DNA from: an uncultured Methanosarcinales archaeon
GTDB taxonomy: Archaea > Nanobdellota > Nanobdellia > Woesearchaeales > UBA11576
Length of the DNA stretch: 64,000 bases
Direction of reading: 5' to 3'
NCBI GenBank assembly: GCA_964563755.1
Contig: CAZLYC010000003.1
Location: 73,831 to 137,830, forward strand
In this document: positions 60,801-64,000 of the stretch, in pieces
Numbering within the stretch: position 1 is the stretch's first letter
Layout of the letters: every line of letters starts with the position of its first letter
Program-made: the position numbers and the translations under genes
Notes under the pieces: model-generated
What the model was told of the DNA's origin: nothing
What the model saw: the letters and a program-made list of their open reading frames with translations, nothing else
Databases searched by the model: none

Positions 60801-63800
60801 AGTAAAAATCCAAGAGGTAGCTGGTGACGGCACCATAACCTCATCCCAGTATGCAAAGTTAAAACTACCTGCTGAATGGACTGCCCTTGGGACTTCAAAC
60901 AGCAGCGTCAGCATAAACGGTAACGAAGTAGTATATGATATACCTTCGACTATAGATTTAGGATTCCAGACATTCACATTCTACGCGACCGTGCCAAATT
61001 ATGATGGAAGCTGGCTCTTCAATGGGACGCTAAACGGCACAGACAGCAATGGGTTCTACCACAACGACCTGTTTGAGATACTTGTCACGACCAACAGGTC
61101 TGATTCTGAGGGGCCTACGTGGAACAACAGCAGGACAAACCCGCAGACACCGACAACTTACGTAGCAGGCCAGCAGTACCAGTTCAATGTCACATGGAAC
61201 GACAACACAGCAGTCAGCACAGTCATTATAGAGCACAATTTCACCGGCACGATGCAGAACTACTCAACGCAGAACAGCAGCTCAGAGTATTACTATAACT
61301 ATACAAATCTTGCTGCGGGAACGTATGCCTGGATGATGCATGCCAATGACACATATGGAAACAGAAACATGACTGAACTGTTTTCATACACAGTATCTAA
61401 GGCAACTCCACAGATTGAACTGTTGCTCAACGGAAACGCGGCAAACATCACTATAGAAAGGACATCTAACGCAAACATAACTGCAGCAATAACTGCTGGC
61501 GATAACAACCAAGTCTCAATATATATGAACGGCACACTCATCGCGTCAGGAAACTCTCCTGTCACAAATATATCACAATACACAGAGCAGGCAGACTACA
61601 ATATAACAGCAGCATATGCTCTAAGTCAGAATTATACTGCTGGATCAAAGACATACTGGCTCTTTGTCAGAGACACAATACCGTCAGGAAGCGTCTCTGG
61701 ACTTTCTGAAACAGCTACAGGCAGCTCATGGATAGTATGGAGCTGGACAAACCCCTCTGACAGTGATTTCGGACATGCTATATTGTATCTAAACGGGACG
61801 AATATCGCAAACACGAGCAGCAACACCTATAACTTCACTAGCCTCAACGGATTCACCAGCTATAGATTAACAATCCACACAAAAGATGTATACGGAAATG
61901 TCAACAATACAGATGTCTGGGACAATGCGATGACACAAGACAACATCGCACCGCAATACTCTGACATAAACGACCAGAACGGAGCAGAATATGCTCCTGG
62001 AAAGAACTACATGTTCAACATAACATGGATAGACAACGTCGGAGTGAATCAAGTCGTATTTGAGATGAACGGCACGAACTACACCTCAATAAACAACAAC
62101 GGAAATGATTATTACATAACACTCAACGACCTTGCTGCAGGAACCTATTCATACAGATGGCATGCGGATGATTTCCTCGGAAATGCCAATTCTACATCGC
62201 AGATATCATTCATAATAAACAAGGCACCAGTCACGCTTACACTTGTATCCGCTCCAAGCTGGACAGAGATATACAGTACATCTACAACAGTAAGCTGCAG
62301 CGCGAACAACTCAATAAGCACAATACTTTCAAGGAACGGGACACAAGTCGTAAATCCTGACACGAACACATTCGCAGCAGGAAGCTACGGCTACTCATGC
62401 GATGTCCAGGATACAAGAAATTACACTGCGACAATACAGACAAACACGCTTACAATCAACAAAGCCAGCTCTGCTCTCGCTCTATTGATAGACGGAGCTG
62501 CTTCAAACAAGACAATAGAACGCATGGCCTATGCAAACATAACTGCTTACAGGACAGCAGGAGAAGGAATAATACAAGCATACAGGAACGCAACTCTGCT
62601 TGGAACAGGCAATTACGTAGAAGACAACTCACAGTACAACAATGAAGCAACATATCAGGTAACCGCAAACTATCCTGAGACACAGAACTACAGCGCAAGC
62701 AGCCAAACGCTCTGGCTGACTGTCAATGATACAATACCTCCGGACGCTGTCACAAACATACTCCTGCTGAACAAAGGCCTCAACTATCTATACTGGGTAT
62801 GGACGAACCCGACAACTCCTGATTTCGCATATTCTGAAGTATGGATAAACGGAAGCTACAAAGCCAGCACTGCAAATGAGTATTATTATGCGACTGGCCT
62901 GAACGACTCGACGACTTACATGATATCCGTAAGGACTGTCGACACATATGGAAACATAGATGGCTGGTTGAACAACACCCAGACAACAATGTACAACTGC
63001 ACAGAGAACTGGGTGCCTTACTACACACAGTGCACAATAGGAGATACCAGGACGAAGCTATATAATGACACCACAGAATGCGGCACAACAACATTCCTGC
63101 CCGCAGATAACAATACGACAGAAGCATGCGACTGCATCATAAGCACAAAATTCAACGGCACGACAACTGACTTCTCAGGAAGCAACTTGACGGACATGCA
63201 GGGAGTATTGCTTGAATCATCTCCGTATGGAACAGTCATATTCCAAGAACCAATAACAATAACAAGATGCCTTAATCTAGACTCTGGCGCTGGAATCGGA
63301 GAAAGATACGCAAGCATAGACTCAAGCCAGCTGCCAGAATTCAACAAGTCAGCAAACATAACTATCTACAACCTCAACTTCACGCTGCCAAGAATCATGA
63401 AAGACGGAAGCCAGTGCCAGAATGATACTTGCATGATAATAGATTATTCTTTAGGCGTGCTTACATTCAACGTGACGCACTTCACCAATTACTCTGTCGA
63501 AGAAAGCCCTTACTGCGGAGACTCATCTTGCAATGGAGCAGAGACATGCGGAAGCTGCGCGCTTGACTGCGGAAATTGCCCATCTGGAGGAGGCGGAGGA
63601 GGTGGCGGTGGTGGAGGAGGAGCAGCTGGACCTAACAAGCAGAGAGAATGCGTACAGGACTGGCAATGTTACTCATGGGGACCATGCGTCGAAAACACGC
63701 AAGACAGGAAGTGCTTCGACATAAATGCCTGCAACAACAACTCTGAAAGACCTCCGCTGCAGAGACTGTGCGTCTCTGGCTGCGCAGAAAGATGGGTCTG

Positions 63801-64000
63801 CGGAGACTGGAGCAAGTGCAGCGAAGCAGGCATAATGACTAGGCAATGCAACGACCTGGCAAGATGCGGAACAGAGACAAGAAGACCTATCACAGTAGAG
63901 ACTTGCGATTACGAACACTGCTCAGACAACAGGAAGAACTTTGACGAGACAGGATTAGACTGCGGAGGAGAATGCAGGGAATGCACAGAACAAGAGAAGA
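57820..64000 (+). CDS. Giant secreted/surface protein (>2,060 aa, 3'-truncated by window edge): signal anchor, DNRLRE-like domain, Ig/FN3-like repeats, Cys-rich modules
   Basis: The frame of ATG 57820 (alternative ATG 57838) stays open to the window end, and every track ORF here is antisense or off-frame. TM NIGVIITVILLLSIATLFL. A very high density of N-x-S/T sequons. Confidence 0.85.
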   Translation, partial: MRKSKTMKKQGKFSEKMDEADTRIAEINLALKSRRMPESIDQKTQPILSERRYPAIAKPNIGVIITVILLLSIATLFLEEGITGNMIAGDTYQSYSQQIDAEITQYSNITLKLQELQQNSELRSIRINGRITGDGNAEAYLNTDGRQYLIMKTGESDGRDFLQITGDAVLVPQAPVIEETDGDKKILTVIEYATSTIWDTDNDGVEYIDDGVIDFSVEKTIFSWPVDETNLCTRWTILPLESENATVFCNGAADCCALSGLAPEEDSWNAPLYLFHGRYGAENANTVSAQVVFIEQEIAERASFEGIVGTTEQLNAEFIEKPTFELDRECFETCILPDGITDEEYTIEFRIDRGTTLHIDSIEYSLENKTTDDNNTDVTVDEGITLTAEIQDSKSTIVPAMMTITEDGYEELQPNATEGTDTFVNQIAPNQNYGSQTFLVGAESGGRYSATLIKFTDSSLAGVNLTSAKLKLYFYDSPTNATNAINLSSHLITSAWDEDTVTWNTRPNYYATPTDTKTLTNSYGWIEWDITDMVRAWTNGTATNRGIAIVPAITTANTQKRFYSSDSLNQTLRPMVIVNYTAEETNITLIWPENDTQHGDGDLYAGYEVNSEGAIAACSLVYNNTVHDTDSTVTEGQLQRFKLTVNTEKDFLWKINCTAQNGRASSSEERILHINASKSDFYGWVEDAQGDRVNVTVEFKQDVTTRFSSTGKVHALTVDDGVYNISVSPVNSSRIQNVMFRNITITKGFTKIVDLDNPPTGIWNKIYAVNPMMGNISDNDTFTVSSVASTGSGAVYKCADWNFSTQTCYGEWKFFRGITSGEDYTMMLTLNDPGFGEIGEAGNLEIYRIQPMTVENDRNMNTGVVVYNPNTINVTISNVTDYWSIDRIISDQAHITSCSPSCTANGAAESLTWNGNHVIPANEYKIFKYTVDLNNPPTGSFTNVTFSNNDTSYQVKNISIRDHAATAYLTISTDALNFSEAAGPLQGITNQTFTVKIQEVAGDGTITSSQYAKLKLPAEWTALGTSNSSVSINGNEVVYDIPSTIDLGFQTFTFYATVPNYDGSWLFNGTLNGTDSNGFYHNDLFEILVTTNRSDSEGPTWNNSRTNPQTPTTYVAGQQYQFNVTWNDNTAVSTVIIEHNFTGTMQNYSTQNSSSEYYYNYTNLAAGTYAWMMHANDTYGNRNMTELFSYTVSKATPQIELLLNGNAANITIERTSNANITAAITAGDNNQVSIYMNGTLIASGNSPVTNISQYTEQADYNITAAYALSQNYTAGSKTYWLFVRDTIPSGSVSGLSETATGSSWIVWSWTNPSDSDFGHAILYLNGTNIANTSSNTYNFTSLNGFTSYRLTIHTKDVYGNVNNTDVWDNAMTQDNIAPQYSDINDQNGAEYAPGKNYMFNITWIDNVGVNQVVFEMNGTNYTSINNNGNDYYITLNDLAAGTYSYRWHADDFLGNANSTSQISFIINKAPVTLTLVSAPSWTEIYSTSTTVSCSANNSISTILSRNGTQVVNPDTNTFAAGSYGYSCDVQDTRNYTATIQTNTLTINKASSALALLIDGAASNKTIERMAYANITAYRTAGEGIIQAYRNATLLGTGNYVEDNSQYNNEATYQVTANYPETQNYSASSQTLWLTVNDTIPPDAVTNILLLNKGLNYLYWVWTNPTTPDFAYSEVWINGSYKASTANEYYYATGLNDSTTYMISVRTVDTYGNIDGWLNNTQTTMYNCTENWVPYYTQCTIGDTRTKLYNDTTECGTTTFLPADNNTTEACDCIISTKFNGTTTDFSGSNLTDMQGVLLESSPYGTVIFQEPITITRCLNLDSGAGIGERYASIDSSQLPEFNKSANITIYNLNFTLPRIMKDGSQCQNDTCMIIDYSLGVLTFNVTHFTNYSVEESPYCGDSSCNGAETCGSCALDCGNCPSGGGGGGGGGGGGAAGPNKQRECVQDWQCYSWGPCVENTQDRKCFDINACNNNSERPPLQRLCVSGCAERWVCGDWSKCSEAGIMTRQCNDLARCGTETRRPITVETCDYEHCSDNRKNFDETGLDCGGECRECTEQEK
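61111..62970 (+). repeat. Two-copy ~300-aa super-repeat inside the giant ORF
   Basis: Copy 1 (~61111-61940) and copy 2 (~61945-62970) share the same ordered blocks: NVTW(N/I)DN..V..V..E.N.T, L(A/N)..AAGTY...(M/W)HA.D..GN.N.T, ..NG.A.N.TIER...ANITA, D.T.P..V..L........W.WTNP...DF, T.D.YGN. Confidence 0.7.

Noticed and set aside
57759-63918. About twenty-five minus-strand and off-frame plus-strand ORFs of 60-184 aa
   Set aside because: All lie inside the single 6.2-kb open frame of the giant surface protein. They are Cys/Ser/Leu-rich shadow translations with no start context.

Overview
This window is a densely coding archaeal chromosomal segment. The archaeal assignment rests on a thermosome, ribosomal protein S3Ae/eS1, Bud32 kinase, a type-2 MetAP, an AbrB-PhoU regulator and AACCTTTATA(A/T)A-type TATA promoters with some leaderless starts. 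A DPANN/Woesearchaeota-like origin is inference only. All functional calls come from reading motifs in the translations; no database search was possible.

Recognisable content:
- 5'-truncated histone-fold doublet
- MoxR-DUF58-vWA-BatD-like operon
- Pat-like acyl-CoA synthetase/GNAT fusion
- thioredoxin-CcdA fusion
- DUF5320-DUF134-NifX-like block
- thermosome
- nrdR-nrdD-(split glycyl-radical piece)-glutaredoxin-nrdG operon with tandem NrdR boxes
- dut, M50 protease, Bud32, hisS, map, trkHA
- Kazal-domain lipoprotein
- S3Ae plus ferredoxin
- six Lrp/AsnC-type regulators

Most unusual regions:
1. A co-directional ~12-kb minus-strand cluster at 43.4-55.3 kb. It encodes a circularly permuted GGDEF-like protein, a tandem metallophosphoesterase translationally coupled to a classic AAA+ ATPase, a mini PD-(D/E)xK protein, two methyltransferase-fold proteins, paired CxxCH-bearing Lrp-like regulators and a secreted trypsin-like protease. 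Several of its genes are preceded by a shared CCTCGCTAAAGG-type leader motif.
2. A family of dispersed structured intergenic repeats with five copies.
3. An array of seven ACACACATAGTAAGA boxes upstream of a tandem-HTH gene. That gene overlaps the start of a giant (>2,060 aa, open-ended) sequon-rich surface protein.
4. A compositionally aberrant three-gene islet containing an orphan receiver-like protein.

No rRNA, tRNA, CRISPR array, transposase or integrase was recognised.
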